A stretch of 64,000 nucleotides of DNA from Gammaproteobacteria bacterium (GTDB lineage Bacteria > Pseudomonadota > Gammaproteobacteria > JBCCGL01). The notes under the pieces were generated by a model that had not been told where the DNA came from, ran no database searches, and saw only the letters and a list, made by a program, of their open reading frames with translations. Of this stretch, positions 29,582-40,502 are shown in pieces; position 1 is the first letter of the stretch; every line of letters begins with the position of its first letter. The stretch spans positions 2,016,001 through 2,080,000 of the forward strand of contig OZ255836.1 of the NCBI GenBank assembly GCA_965277715.1. Direction: 5' to 3'. Made by a program: the position numbers and the translations under genes.

Positions 29582-31192
29582 ATGAATCCAATACCGCCAC
29601 CCCCGACTAAGCCAGGTAATATTCTCTTTATTATGTGCGACCAGTTGCGCTTTGATTACCTCTCCTGTTACGGACACCCATCGCTTAAAACGCCTAATAT
29701 TGACCGCCTCGCCTCACGCGGTGTTACCTTTACCAATGCACACTGCCAGGCACCGATATGCGCCGCTTCCCGCACCAGTTTTTATACGGGCCGCTATATG
29801 TCAAGCCACGGTGTTATGGGCAACGAAGACCCCATGAAGGTCGATGAAAAGACCATTGCCGACTACCTCAAACCACGCAATTACCGCACCGCCGTCGTCG
29901 GCAAAACACACAGCTACAGAGACCTGTCGGTACTCAAAGACCTCGGCGTCGATATGGACTGTGACTACGTAAACGCCTCCCAAACAGGTGGCTTTGAACC
30001 CTATGAAGCACACGAGGGGCACTACCCAGATCCCGTTCTGCCCAAAAATCATGGCTATACAAACTACCTGCTATCACTTGGTTATGGCACTGAAAACCCG
30101 TGGGACCGGTGTGCCAATAGTGGGGTGGATGCGCAAGGCAATGTACATTCAGGGTGGGCGCTGCGCAGTGCCAAATACCCAGCGGCCATCAATGAAGCGC
30201 ACTCTGAGACAGCCTTCACGACGCAAAGGGCGATGGATTTTATCGACGCAACCGGCGACCAGCCCTGGTGCCTGCATTTAAGTTACATCAAACCGCACTG
30301 GCCGATTATTGCCCCTGCGCCCTACCACGATATGTATACCCCCGAAAATATTCAGGCCGTTGTGCGCAGCGATGCGGAGTGTGAAAACCCACACCTGGTC
30401 TACCAGGCGTTTATGCAACAGGAGTACAGCCATTCTTATTCACGCGATGACGTGCGCGATAGGGTGATTCCCACGTATATGGGGCTGGTCAAACAAATCG
30501 ATGACCATCTGGGGCGCTTATTTGAATTTATGCGTACACGCGGCCTGCTCGACAATACACTGATCGTTTTTACCGCCGATCACGGTGACTACCTGGGCGA
30601 TCACTGGCTGGGAGAGAAAGATTTGTTCCACGCGGCGTCGGTCAGAGTGCCATTAATTTTGGTCGACCCACGCACTGCCGCTACAGCGGGCCGTGGCACG
30701 CAGCGCGATGAATTCGTCGAATCGGTCGATATTCTCCCGACCCTCCTCGATTTTGCCGGTGTAGCACCATGCCGTGAACGCCTTGAAGGGCATTCGCTAA
30801 CCCCCCTGCTTAACGACAATAAAACACCTGAATGGCGGGATTACACTATTAGCGAAATCGACTACGCCGATAGAGGGCCACGCGCCCTACTGGGCATTGC
30901 GCCCTATCAATGCCGCGCCATCATGGTTGCAGATTCGCGCTGGAAGTACATTTATCACCAGGCGTTTGAGCCACAGTTATTTGACAGAGAGAACGATCCA
31001 GATGAGTTCGTTGATCTTGGCCGAAATGTGAAGCGCGACCCACAACTCAAACGGGTCTGTGCACAAATGAAAGAGCGCATCTTCAATTGGCGTACACAGC
31101 TCAAATGCCGCACCGGTCTGGCGTACGACTATATGCTGGGGCAAGGGCCGGCGCGGGATGAGGCGTTCGGGTTCATTATTGGCCGTTGGTAG
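29582..31192 (+). CDS. Sulfatase/phosphonate-monoester-hydrolase family enzyme
   Basis: CDQLR, CAASR..FYTGRY, GKTH, PHWP and ADHGDYLGDHWL.EK; no signal peptide. Confidence 0.88.
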   Translation: MNPIPPPPTKPGNILFIMCDQLRFDYLSCYGHPSLKTPNIDRLASRGVTFTNAHCQAPICAASRTSFYTGRYMSSHGVMGNEDPMKVDEKTIADYLKPRNYRTAVVGKTHSYRDLSVLKDLGVDMDCDYVNASQTGGFEPYEAHEGHYPDPVLPKNHGYTNYLLSLGYGTENPWDRCANSGVDAQGNVHSGWALRSAKYPAAINEAHSETAFTTQRAMDFIDATGDQPWCLHLSYIKPHWPIIAPAPYHDMYTPENIQAVVRSDAECENPHLVYQAFMQQEYSHSYSRDDVRDRVIPTYMGLVKQIDDHLGRLFEFMRTRGLLDNTLIVFTADHGDYLGDHWLGEKDLFHAASVRVPLILVDPRTAATAGRGTQRDEFVESVDILPTLLDFAGVAPCRERLEGHSLTPLLNDNKTPEWRDYTISEIDYADRGPRALLGIAPYQCRAIMVADSRWKYIYHQAFEPQLFDRENDPDEFVDLGRNVKRDPQLKRVCAQMKERIFNWRTQLKCRTGLAYDYMLGQGPARDEAFGFIIGRW

Positions 31193-31194
31193 TG

Positions 31195-32133
31195 CTAAAT
31201 AGCGGTATTGGCGACAGCCACAATCAAACGCCGCATCCACTTATGCGCGGGGTTGTTTTGCAATAGCGGACTCCACGCCATTTTCAAATCGATAGGCGGG
31301 ATAGTAAACGGTGGCGCTTTTACTACAACCCGTGGATTGTGCTGCTGCAATTGGGCAGCCCGGGTCGGTATTGTGACAATCAGGTCTTTCTGCTCTGCCA
31401 GGAGTGTCGCCACCTGGTAGTGACGAGTGAAAGCGGCGATACGGCGCTGCCTGCCAAGCTGGTTGAGTGCCTCATCGACCCAGCCGAGCCGCTGCACATC
31501 CGCCGGGTTCATCCCCACACCAACACCCATGCCGGTTTTACTGACCCAAACGTGCTGTGCCTGTAGGTAGTTATCCAACGTGAAATCGTCTTTCACTGGG
31601 TTGTCGGCACTGATTAAACAGGAAAAACCGTCTTTCCATATCAACTTCTCGTGGAAAGACTGCGGAATCGAATCAAACCGGTTAATCGCCAAATCGACCT
31701 TCCCCTGCTCGACATCCAAAAAACTCACATCGCTTGGTGTCAGAATATCCAGAGTGACACCGGGCGCCTCCTCCCGCAGTCGGCGCAAAATCTGGGGCAG
31801 TAAAATTGACTCGGCATAATCTGACGCCATGATACGAAAAACCCGCTCGGCCGTCTGTGCCTCGAAATCGGTTTGAGGCTGCACAACAATATCAATTCTG
31901 GACAACACCTCCCGAATCACCGGCTGTAATGCAATGGCCCGGTCTGTCGGTGCCATGCCCTCGCTGGTGCGCACCAGCAAAGGGTCATTGAACATCGCCC
32001 GCAAACGGCGCAGGCTGTTGCTCATCGCAGGCTGGCTCAAGCCCAGTTGATCGGCTGCCTTGGTTACATTCCGCTCGCGCAGCAACACATCGAGGTACTC
32101 CAATAAATTTAAATCAACCTTAGTTTTATTCAT
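31195..32133 (-). CDS. LysR-family regulator divergent from aceA
   Basis: DLNLL..L..LL.ERNVT.AA..LGLSQPAMS HTH. Confidence 0.92.
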   Translation of the reverse strand: MNKTKVDLNLLEYLDVLLRERNVTKAADQLGLSQPAMSNSLRRLRAMFNDPLLVRTSEGMAPTDRAIALQPVIREVLSRIDIVVQPQTDFEAQTAERVFRIMASDYAESILLPQILRRLREEAPGVTLDILTPSDVSFLDVEQGKVDLAINRFDSIPQSFHEKLIWKDGFSCLISADNPVKDDFTLDNYLQAQHVWVSKTGMGVGVGMNPADVQRLGWVDEALNQLGRQRRIAAFTRHYQVATLLAEQKDLIVTIPTRAAQLQQHNPRVVVKAPPFTIPPIDLKMAWSPLLQNNPAHKWMRRLIVAVANTAI

Positions 32134-32143
32134 CCTATGAATA
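32127..32143. promoter_or_regulatory. Putative LysR box TATTCAT-N3-ATGAATA
   Basis: Perfect dyad containing T-N11-A, overlapping the lysR start codon. Confidence 0.6.
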
Positions 32144-32232
32144 GTAGATATAACTTCCATTTATTTCAATTATAGAAAGCCGCCACATAGTATGGGCAAA
32201 AAATTTATCCCGATAACTTATAGGCGCTTAGC

Positions 32233-33828
32233 ATGACCCAATACCAAAATGACATTAGTTCAGTGACCGCGACCTGCACCGCACAAGGCGATAGCTGGAA
32301 CGCGATCAACCCCGAATCTGTTGCCCGTATGCGGGCACAAAACCGCTTCAAAACCGGGCTGAATATTGCTCAATACACCGCCGATATCATGCGTGCCGAT
32401 ATGCAAGCCTACGACGCCGATTCATCACAGTACACACAATCACTCGGCTGCTGGCACGGTTTTATTGCCCAGCAAAAAATGATCGCGATAAAAAAACACC
32501 AGAAGACCACCAAAAAATCGTATATCTATTTATCCGGTTGGATGATCGCTGCATTGCGGTCTGAGTTTGGCCCATTACCCGATCAGTCGATGCACGAAAA
32601 AACCACCGTTCCAGAACTCATTGAGGAAATTTACACCTACCTGCGCCAGGCAGATGCCCGTGAACTGGGTGGTTTGTTCCGCCAACTGGACGCGGCACGT
32701 GCCGCCGGTGACAGCGCCAAAGAAAGCGCTATCCAACACCAGATCGATAACCACGAAACGCATGTTGTACCTATTATCGCCGACATTGATGCCGGATTTG
32801 GCAATGAAGAGGCAACGTATCTATTGGCCAAGAAGTTGATCGAAGCGGGCGCCTGTTGCCTGCAGATTGAGAACCAGGTTTCAGATGTTAAGCAGTGCGG
32901 ACACCAGGATGGAAAAGTCACGGTGCCACACGAGGATTTCATTGCCAAGATCAACGCAATCCGCTATGCCTTTATGGAGCTTGGCATCGAAAACGGTATT
33001 ATCGTTGCACGTACAGATTCGCTGGGCGCAGGGTTGACCCAGAAGATTCCCGTATCCACCACTGAAGGTGATTTGGCGTCAAAATACAATGCATTTCTCG
33101 AAGCGACCCCGGTTGAATCACTCGATGACATCAACAACGGCGATATGGTCATCAAGCAAGGCGGCCAGCTAATGAAGCCGGTTCGTCTACCGAATGGTTT
33201 AGTCCGCTTTAAAGCGGGCAGTGGTGCCGATCGCTGTGTGCTCGATGGCATTACCGCACTGCGAAATGGTGCTGATATGTTATGGATCGAAACTGAAAAA
33301 CCCCACCTTGGGCAGATCGGCGGCATGATTAACCAGATTCGCGAAGTCATTCCGAATGCGAAGCTCCTGTATAACAACAGCCCATCGTTCAACTGGACAA
33401 TCAACTTCCGGCAACAGGTGTTCGATGCCTGGTCAGAAGCCGGTAAAGACGTTTCAGCTTACGACCGCGATGCGCTAATGGATGCGCGCTACGACGCAAC
33501 AGAACTGGCCACCGCAGCCGATGACCGGATTCGTTCATTTCAGGCTGATGCAGCGCGTGAAGCGGGTGTTTTCCACCACCTGATTACCCTGCCAACCTAT
33601 CACACGGCAGCGCTATCGACCGATACTCTGGCAAAAGATTACTTTGGCGATGAAGGGATGCTGGGCTACGTTAAAGAAGTACAGCGCCAGGAAATCCGCT
33701 TAGGTGTCGCCTGTGTCAAGCACCAGAATATGGCGGGTTCTGATATGGGTGATGATCACAAGGAGTACTTTTCAGGTGCACAGGCGCTGAAGGCATCCGG
33801 TAAAGACAATACGATGAATCAATTCTAA
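32233..33828 (+). CDS. aceA: Isocitrate lyase (long, Pseudomonas-type)
   Basis: KQCGHQDGK, DIDAGFG and YNNSPSFNW; 531 aa. Confidence 0.96.
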   Translation: MTQYQNDISSVTATCTAQGDSWNAINPESVARMRAQNRFKTGLNIAQYTADIMRADMQAYDADSSQYTQSLGCWHGFIAQQKMIAIKKHQKTTKKSYIYLSGWMIAALRSEFGPLPDQSMHEKTTVPELIEEIYTYLRQADARELGGLFRQLDAARAAGDSAKESAIQHQIDNHETHVVPIIADIDAGFGNEEATYLLAKKLIEAGACCLQIENQVSDVKQCGHQDGKVTVPHEDFIAKINAIRYAFMELGIENGIIVARTDSLGAGLTQKIPVSTTEGDLASKYNAFLEATPVESLDDINNGDMVIKQGGQLMKPVRLPNGLVRFKAGSGADRCVLDGITALRNGADMLWIETEKPHLGQIGGMINQIREVIPNAKLLYNNSPSFNWTINFRQQVFDAWSEAGKDVSAYDRDALMDARYDATELATAADDRIRSFQADAAREAGVFHHLITLPTYHTAALSTDTLAKDYFGDEGMLGYVKEVQRQEIRLGVACVKHQNMAGSDMGDDHKEYFSGAQALKASGKDNTMNQF

Positions 33829-33855
33829 TCGTCTTTTCTCTTTGTTGTTTTTGGT

Positions 33856-33884
33856 AGGGCGGAATTATTTTCCGCCCTTTTTTT
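33856..33884 (+). terminator. Intrinsic terminator of aceA
   Basis: AGGGCGGAA-loop-TTCCGCCCT followed by a T-tract. Confidence 0.85.
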
Positions 33885-33896
33885 GTGGGTGAAACG

Positions 33897-34481
33897 TTAG
33901 TGTGTGGCCCTGTCACCCCAAATATCCTTCAAACGCGCATCACGGCCACAGCTCCAACGATAAAACTTGTAACGCGCCGGGTTGTTTTTGTAATAGTCCT
34001 GATGATAGCTTTCATCACCACTAATTGGATAAAACGTCGATACCGGTAAAATCGGCGTCACCACTTTTTGATCGGGAAACATCGCGATCACCTTCTCTTT
34101 CGATGCCTCCGCCAACTCACGCTCCGCCTCATTGCCGACAAAAATTGCACTGAGATAGCTATGGCCTTTATCGCAAAACTGCCCACGGTTATCAAAGGGA
34201 TCAATATTCACCCAATAGTGATCGAGAATATCCTGATAGCTGAGCACACCGGGATCGTACGTCACCTCCACCGCCTCGTAGTGGCCACTGTGATCACCGT
34301 TATATTTGGGGTTTGGCAATGTACCGCCCGTAAACCCGGAAACAACATCACTCACGCCTTTAAGCGCTTCAAAATCCGACTCCATACACCAAAAACAGCC
34401 ACCGGCGAGTATCGCCTTATCGGCCAGCGCAATATTCGACAAGGTGAATGCCAGTACAACAGATAACATTATTTTTTTCAT
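33897..34481 (-). CDS. msrA: Exported peptide-methionine (S)-S-oxide reductase
   Basis: Signal peptide, AGGCFWCME and E.YHQDYY. Confidence 0.93.
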   Translation of the reverse strand: MKKIMLSVVLAFTLSNIALADKAILAGGCFWCMESDFEALKGVSDVVSGFTGGTLPNPKYNGDHSGHYEAVEVTYDPGVLSYQDILDHYWVNIDPFDNRGQFCDKGHSYLSAIFVGNEAERELAEASKEKVIAMFPDQKVVTPILPVSTFYPISGDESYHQDYYKNNPARYKFYRWSCGRDARLKDIWGDRATH

Positions 34482-34601
34482 ATGAATTCCAAAACGGTAT
34501 TAAAGCCTGCTAAGGGAATATTTCCTGCGGGATTAAAAGACAAGAGAGGCCCGTGCTTATTAAAATATTCGGGTTAGAGCACCAATTTCAAACCAGACTC
34601 T

Positions 34602-35534
34602 TTACTCTTCACCCGCCGCCAACAAAACCCCCACATGCGCACTGGCACTGCGCCCCAGCGCCGACAACGCATATCCACCCTCCAGTGTGGAGACAATCCG
34701 CCCGCCAGAAAATTCCTCTGCAACAGCACACAATTCACGGCTCACCCAGGCGTAATCATCATCTTCCAGCATCAACCCGGCCAGACCATCTTCGCGGTGC
34801 GCATCAAAGCCTGCTGAGATAAACAGGATTTCCGGGCGAAAAGCGCGCAACGCCGGCAACCAGTGATCGACAACCGCCTGACGAAATACAGCGCTATCGC
34901 TCCCCGCTGCCAATGGCACATTGACACGCTGCCCGGCTACCGACGGCAAATAACCACCGGGGTAGTACGGGTGTTGAAAGGTAGAGCAAAACAGAACCTT
35001 TTCATTATTCTGGAGAATTTGTTCAGTGCCATTGCCATGATGGACATCAAAATCGACAATCGCCACGCGCTCCAGCGCATAGGTCTCAATCGCATGTAAA
35101 GCGGCAATCGCGATATTATTAAACAGACAAAAACCCATCGAGCGATCATGTTCGGCGTGGTGACCCGGTGGGCGCACGTTGCAAAACGCATTATTGACCT
35201 CGCCCCGCATTACGCTGTCAGTCGCCTCTACCACTGCACCCGCAGCGCGTTTGGCAGCTTCCAGTGTGTGCGGGTTCATCGCCGTATCCGGGTCAATACT
35301 GACCAGCCCTTCGTCAGGCGCCATATCGATAACACGGTCAATATGCTCACGCTGATGGGCAAGCCCTAGCGATGCCGTAGACGCTTCAGGTGCTTCGATG
35401 TGTAGCAGTTGATCAAACAGGCCCGTTTTCTGCAAAGCCGCTTCGACAGCGGCGATGCGCTGCGGTGATTCAGGGTGCCCACTGCTCATCTGGTGTAAGC
35501 CACACACAGGGTGGGTTATATAAGCTGTCGTCAT
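34602..35534 (-). CDS. Histone-deacetylase-family (Zn-dependent) amidohydrolase
   Basis: HPE.P.R, RPPGHHA, DFDVHHGNGT, SAGFDAH and LEGGY. Confidence 0.93.
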   Translation of the reverse strand: MTTAYITHPVCGLHQMSSGHPESPQRIAAVEAALQKTGLFDQLLHIEAPEASTASLGLAHQREHIDRVIDMAPDEGLVSIDPDTAMNPHTLEAAKRAAGAVVEATDSVMRGEVNNAFCNVRPPGHHAEHDRSMGFCLFNNIAIAALHAIETYALERVAIVDFDVHHGNGTEQILQNNEKVLFCSTFQHPYYPGGYLPSVAGQRVNVPLAAGSDSAVFRQAVVDHWLPALRAFRPEILFISAGFDAHREDGLAGLMLEDDDYAWVSRELCAVAEEFSGGRIVSTLEGGYALSALGRSASAHVGVLLAAGEE

Positions 35535-35553
35535 AGGGAAGTTACTCTTTAGA

Positions 35554-36216
35554 TTACTTGCGGGTGAGCATAAACACCTGCTCGGTCAGTGTATCCAGGC
35601 CACGTTCGCTTAGATTACCGACAATATCCGGCCCATTGGATTCAGCCAGCTTGACAACATCAAAGTGGCCGACGAAGAGTGTATTCACCTCACTTTCAGG
35701 AATAGAAAACGGCGGCCCGTTCATTTTGTGCTCGTCGTAAACCATGGTAATCAACAACATCTTACAACCGCTTTTGACTATATCGGCCAAGTGCTGCGCG
35801 TAGCGAATACGCAGTGGTGTCGGCAGTGCGACCAGAGAAGCACGATCAAAAATACCGGCGACACCTTCTAGGTCACGTGCTGTCAGTGCAAAAAAATCGC
35901 CGCATAGTAACACTGTGCGTTCGCTACTGTAACGCGTGAAGGTTGTTTGTTGAACAATATCAGGGGTTATGCCCTGCCCGTTAAAAAAGCCCTGCACGGC
36001 AATATCACTCAGTTCAATACCCAGCACGGCGTGCCGCTCTGCCAGCCAGCACATATCGAGGCTCTTGCCACACAAAGGCACAAATACCTGATCACCAGCC
36101 GGAATGGCCAGCTTTGGCCAAAAGTTTTTGAGGCGCGAATTAATTTTTTCCTGGTGAAACCCGATCTGGTTTTTCGCCCATTTAGCGTGCCAGAATTGAT
36201 CATCTACAATTTTCAA
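35554..36216 (-). CDS. tpm: Thiopurine S-methyltransferase family
   Basis: W..NQIGFHQ, VFVPLCGKSLDM, DRASLVALP and GPPFS. Confidence 0.9.
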   Translation of the reverse strand: MKIVDDQFWHAKWAKNQIGFHQEKINSRLKNFWPKLAIPAGDQVFVPLCGKSLDMCWLAERHAVLGIELSDIAVQGFFNGQGITPDIVQQTTFTRYSSERTVLLCGDFFALTARDLEGVAGIFDRASLVALPTPLRIRYAQHLADIVKSGCKMLLITMVYDEHKMNGPPFSIPESEVNTLFVGHFDVVKLAESNGPDIVGNLSERGLDTLTEQVFMLTRK

Positions 36217-36481
36217 TGCCTTACCTACCGCTAAAAAGTGTCAAAAAACGACTGCACTCGCAACGTTTCCCAACCCCTTGTTATCAACTAAACCTAAAAT
36301 TCACCCTTCATCTTTTTAAAACCCACCACCTATCCTTGAAAAGAGTAATCTAGGATAATACCAAAACTAATGGCTTGGCCAACCCAATTTCCGGGTAAAA
36401 TTGACCTGGAAAACGCAGTTCAGCGCTTCCCGGGATAAAAGCCATTCAGGCTACCAACAACATAGATTAAGGCAACCACCG

Positions 36482-37735
36482 ATGGCTTTGTACCTAAAAC
36501 TGCTCGAAAATAATTTTAAACAGGGCATTCTCCACCTCACCCTACCCGATGGCAAAACGCATACCTTTGGCAATAGCGGACCAGAGGCCCACTGGGTATT
36601 TAACGATATGAAGGCCTTGATGCGTGTGGCGCGCGACTGGGAATTTGAGCTGGGAGAGACGTATATGCAGCAGGGCTGGGATCTACGCGATTGCAGCCTG
36701 TACGACTTGGTCAGCGTACTGCGTCTGAATTTTTCTGAGTACGCCCCGAGCAAATGGCTACAGCCCTTTGTACGCGTGTTGCAGCAGTGGAACAAGGTGT
36801 CGCGCAGCTACAGCAATGTGGCCCACCACTACGACCTCGACGAGGCATTTTTTAACCTGTTTCTGGACGATGAGATGCATTACTCCTGCGCCTATTACCC
36901 GGATGACAGCTATGATATTCACAGCGCACAACAGGCCAAGTGCGAGCATATCGCCAGGAAACTAATGCTCAAACCGGGGATGGAAGTGTTAGATATTGGC
37001 TGCGGCTGGGGTAGCCTGGCGCTTCATCTGGCCGAGCATCACGGCGCCAAAGTCGTCGGTATTACCCTGTCAAAATCACAGCTTGAAGTAGCCAATCGTC
37101 GCGCCAAACAGCGCGGGCTGGAAAAGCAGGTGCGCTTTGAATTGTGCGATTACCGCGAACACACACAACAATACGATCGCATTGTCAGCGTCGGCATGTT
37201 CGAGCACGTTGGCACGCCTTTTTACACAACCTATTTTAATTGCATCAATCACTGCTTGCGCGACGACGGTGCAGCGCTGGTGCATACAGTAGGCCGCAGT
37301 GGCCCCCCCGGTGTTACCAACGCGTGGATACTCAAATACATCTTCCCCGGTGGCAGCATGCCCGCACTCTCCGAGGTCGCCACCAGCATTGAAAAATCGA
37401 CATTAAAACTGACCGATGTCGAAGTATTGCGCATTCACTACGCCAACACATTGCGCGACTGGAACAGCCGTTTTCAGGTGCACCGTGACAGCGTGCGCGA
37501 ACAGCGCGGTGAAGACTTTTGTCGCATGTGGGAATTTTATATGACCACCTGCGAGGTCGCTTTTCGACACTCAGATCTAGTGGTATTTCAACTGCAAATA
37601 ACCAAACAACACGGTGTAGTGCCAATCACACGCGACTACCTGCACCCGAATCCACTGCTGGAGAAAATGCCCTGCAACAACCAGTCGATACCTGTTGCAC
37701 AGCCCGAAGCAGAACCGGGGGCCATCGCCTCCTGA
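36482..37735 (+). CDS. cfa: Cyclopropane-fatty-acyl-phospholipid synthase family methyltransferase
   Basis: HHYDL, YSCAY, LDIGCGWG, SVGMFEHVG and KYIFPGG. Confidence 0.88.
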   Translation: MALYLKLLENNFKQGILHLTLPDGKTHTFGNSGPEAHWVFNDMKALMRVARDWEFELGETYMQQGWDLRDCSLYDLVSVLRLNFSEYAPSKWLQPFVRVLQQWNKVSRSYSNVAHHYDLDEAFFNLFLDDEMHYSCAYYPDDSYDIHSAQQAKCEHIARKLMLKPGMEVLDIGCGWGSLALHLAEHHGAKVVGITLSKSQLEVANRRAKQRGLEKQVRFELCDYREHTQQYDRIVSVGMFEHVGTPFYTTYFNCINHCLRDDGAALVHTVGRSGPPGVTNAWILKYIFPGGSMPALSEVATSIEKSTLKLTDVEVLRIHYANTLRDWNSRFQVHRDSVREQRGEDFCRMWEFYMTTCEVAFRHSDLVVFQLQITKQHGVVPITRDYLHPNPLLEKMPCNNQSIPVAQPEAEPGAIAS

Positions 37736-37869
37736 AAGACTATAAAGGAAACCAAACCGATAAATAGGAACGTGCACGAAATAACTTCCGGGGGTTTGCA
37801 CACGACCCCTAAGCAATCTGCACAGCGACAGAAACCGAAAACACAAATAAATAAACAATCTCGCCAGAT

Positions 37870-39738
37870 TCAAAAAATCAAATTCAACATGGTTAAACTC
37901 ACCAGCAAAAATAATATCGTCATCCCACTACCCGCACGCATAAAATCTTTCACTCGATAACCCGCCGGTCCCATAACCAAGGCATTAACCTGATGCGTGG
38001 GAATCAAAAACGAATTCGACGTAGCAATCGCCACAGTCAAGGCAAACACCGCCGGATTAGCGCCAACACCGAGGGCAATATTCACAGCCAACGGCACCAG
38101 CAACACCGTAGCCCCGACATTCGACATAACCAATGTAAAAAATGTCGCCAGCACCGCAACCGCCGTTTGCAATACCCACACGGGCACATCACCCAGCAAC
38201 CGCAGAGTATGCTGCGCAATCCAGGCAGCCGTCCCACTGGTCTCAACCACCATACCCAGCGGAATCAAACTGGCCAGCAAAAAAACTGTTTTCCAGCTCA
38301 CCGCCTCATAAGCTTCATCGATACTCAATACACCGGACACAATCATACCCACAGCACCAACCAGCAAGGAGATTGAAAGGCGCAAGTCGGAAAATAAAAT
38401 CAACCCCAAGGCGATAACAAAAAATAACAGAGCAAAGGGTTCTTTGGCCGGGCGCAATTCTTCGTGAGGGTATTCAGTGGTAACAATCACAAAATTACGA
38501 TTGGTTTTCAGCCGCGCCAGGTTACTCCATTCGGTGTGTACCACCAATGTATCGCCAGACTGGAAGGGTAGATCACGCACTCCCTCGCCTTCGCGGATGG
38601 TGTCTTCGCCACGGCGGATAGCCAAACAGGAAATACCATAGGTTTTACGCATCCACACATCGCGGGCCGACTTGCCGACCAAATCTGAACTGGGAGGAAT
38701 AACAATTTCAGCAATACCGGCCTTGGTCGGCACGAGCACATCAGAAAAAATCTCCAGATCACTGCTGACACTCAGGTTATTGTGTTTTTCAAAAATATCG
38801 ACCGCATCGGGGCCGCCAATGATCGCCAGTGCATCACCGGCCTGGATGCCCACATCACGCGCCAGCGTACCCGCACCAATACGAAACGTATCACCTGCGC
38901 GCAAACCGACCACGCGAACCTTCTGCGGCCCTTCAACCTCATCGAGCATTGCACCAATCAATGGACTGCCTACCGGTACGCGCACCTCGTGCAGGGCATA
39001 GCCGATGCCATAGGTCTTTTGAAAGTAATCGGTGGTATCGCTCACTTCTATCTCTTCTGAGCGCTCAGTGGGCAGTACATAACGCCCCATGTAAACAAAA
39101 TACAAGATACCGGTGATGATCAGTGCCACGCCAATCGGTGTTACAGAAAACAGTGAAAACGTCGCCATTTGCTGACTGGCAGGCAGGGTTTCATTGGTGG
39201 TCAGCAATAAATCATTGAGCAGGATCAATGGGCTGGAACCCACCATCGTCATGGTGCCACCAAGAATGGCGCAAAACCCCATTGGCATCAGCAAACGTGA
39301 GATGGAGATTCCCGTGCGCGCCGAAATACGGCTGACCACGGGCAGAAAGAGCGCGGCGGCACCCACATTTTGCATAAAGCTGGAAACAACCCCAACGGTG
39401 CCGGAAATCAATGGAACGATGCGCTGCTCGGTCAGGCCGCCGTATTTCAGCAATACGCTGGCCACATCACTCATAATGCCTGCCTTGTCCAGCCCTGCAC
39501 CGATCACCATCACCGCCATAATGGAAATAACCGCGTTGCTGGAGAACCCTTTGAATAAGTCCTGCGGGTCGACGATTTCCTCAAGCCCAGGCACCAGTGA
39601 TGTCAGCCCCAGCAACACCATCACAATAATGGCGGCAACATCGACACGCACCACTTCAAACACAAACAGGTAGACGGTCAGTGCCAAAAAGCCCAATACC
39701 ACCATCATTTCGGTGGTCAATACCAATGTTTCGTTCAT
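37870..39738 (-). CDS. SLC13/CitT-family permease with TrkA-C domains
   Basis: N- and C-terminal TM blocks flanking two soluble RCK_C-like repeats; PTHQVNALVMGP. Confidence 0.88.
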   Translation of the reverse strand: MNETLVLTTEMMVVLGFLALTVYLFVFEVVRVDVAAIIVMVLLGLTSLVPGLEEIVDPQDLFKGFSSNAVISIMAVMVIGAGLDKAGIMSDVASVLLKYGGLTEQRIVPLISGTVGVVSSFMQNVGAAALFLPVVSRISARTGISISRLLMPMGFCAILGGTMTMVGSSPLILLNDLLLTTNETLPASQQMATFSLFSVTPIGVALIITGILYFVYMGRYVLPTERSEEIEVSDTTDYFQKTYGIGYALHEVRVPVGSPLIGAMLDEVEGPQKVRVVGLRAGDTFRIGAGTLARDVGIQAGDALAIIGGPDAVDIFEKHNNLSVSSDLEIFSDVLVPTKAGIAEIVIPPSSDLVGKSARDVWMRKTYGISCLAIRRGEDTIREGEGVRDLPFQSGDTLVVHTEWSNLARLKTNRNFVIVTTEYPHEELRPAKEPFALLFFVIALGLILFSDLRLSISLLVGAVGMIVSGVLSIDEAYEAVSWKTVFLLASLIPLGMVVETSGTAAWIAQHTLRLLGDVPVWVLQTAVAVLATFFTLVMSNVGATVLLVPLAVNIALGVGANPAVFALTVAIATSNSFLIPTHQVNALVMGPAGYRVKDFMRAGSGMTILFLLVSLTMLNLIF

Positions 39739-39784
39739 TATGTGCCTGTGTACCCCGAATATTTAACGCATTTGGTTCGGCAAC

Positions 39785-40489
39785 CTAAGACCGTCGTCGA
39801 TAAAGCAGATCCCACACTCCGTGACCCAAGGCTCTGCCACGCCTTTCAAAACGCGTCTCAATACGGTAATCCGGCATCGGTGAGTAATGCACCTCACCGC
39901 CCAGATTAACCAACTGCGGGTGGGCATTGAGTACTTCAAGCATATGCTCGGCGTAATCCTGCCAGTCGGTGGCGGCGTGAAACACTCCCCCTGGTATCAA
40001 TTTATCTGCCAACAGTGCGGCAAATTCAGCATTGACGATGCGGCGTTTATGGTGGCGTTTTTTGTGCCAGGGATCAGGAAATAATAATAATATCCGTTCA
40101 ATCGTGTTATCAGCGACCTGGTCGGTTAAAAACTGAACGGCATCATCCATGATAACCCGTATATTGGTGAGCGCATTAGCCCGCATATGGTGTAGCAACC
40201 GCCCCACACCAGGGCGGTGCACTTCTGCGCCAATAAAATTTATTGCAGGCATCAGTGTCGCCAGGCGCAGCAGCATATCGCCATTGCCAAAACCAATTTC
40301 CAACCAAATCGGCGCCGGGCGGGCAAAACCGTTTGTCTCACCTGCGGCAATCGATTGCTGGCTATCGACACTGTATTGAGGCAAAAGTGATACCAGCGCG
40401 GCACTCTGCGTATCGGTCATTCGGCCTTTACGCAATACAAAGCTGCGAATCGGGCGCGCCGTTTCGCCCGGTTGTGATGGGGTATTCAG
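39785..40489 (-). CDS. trmB: tRNA (guanine-N7)-methyltransferase, probable CTG start
   Basis: RSFVLRKGRMT, LEIGFGNG, FPDPWHKKRHHKRR, ATDW and TRFE.RG. Confidence 0.93.
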   Translation of the reverse strand: MNTPSQPGETARPIRSFVLRKGRMTDTQSAALVSLLPQYSVDSQQSIAAGETNGFARPAPIWLEIGFGNGDMLLRLATLMPAINFIGAEVHRPGVGRLLHHMRANALTNIRVIMDDAVQFLTDQVADNTIERILLLFPDPWHKKRHHKRRIVNAEFAALLADKLIPGGVFHAATDWQDYAEHMLEVLNAHPQLVNLGGEVHYSPMPDYRIETRFERRGRALGHGVWDLLYRRRS

Positions 40490-40502
40490 TGTACTTTCCG
40501 AT

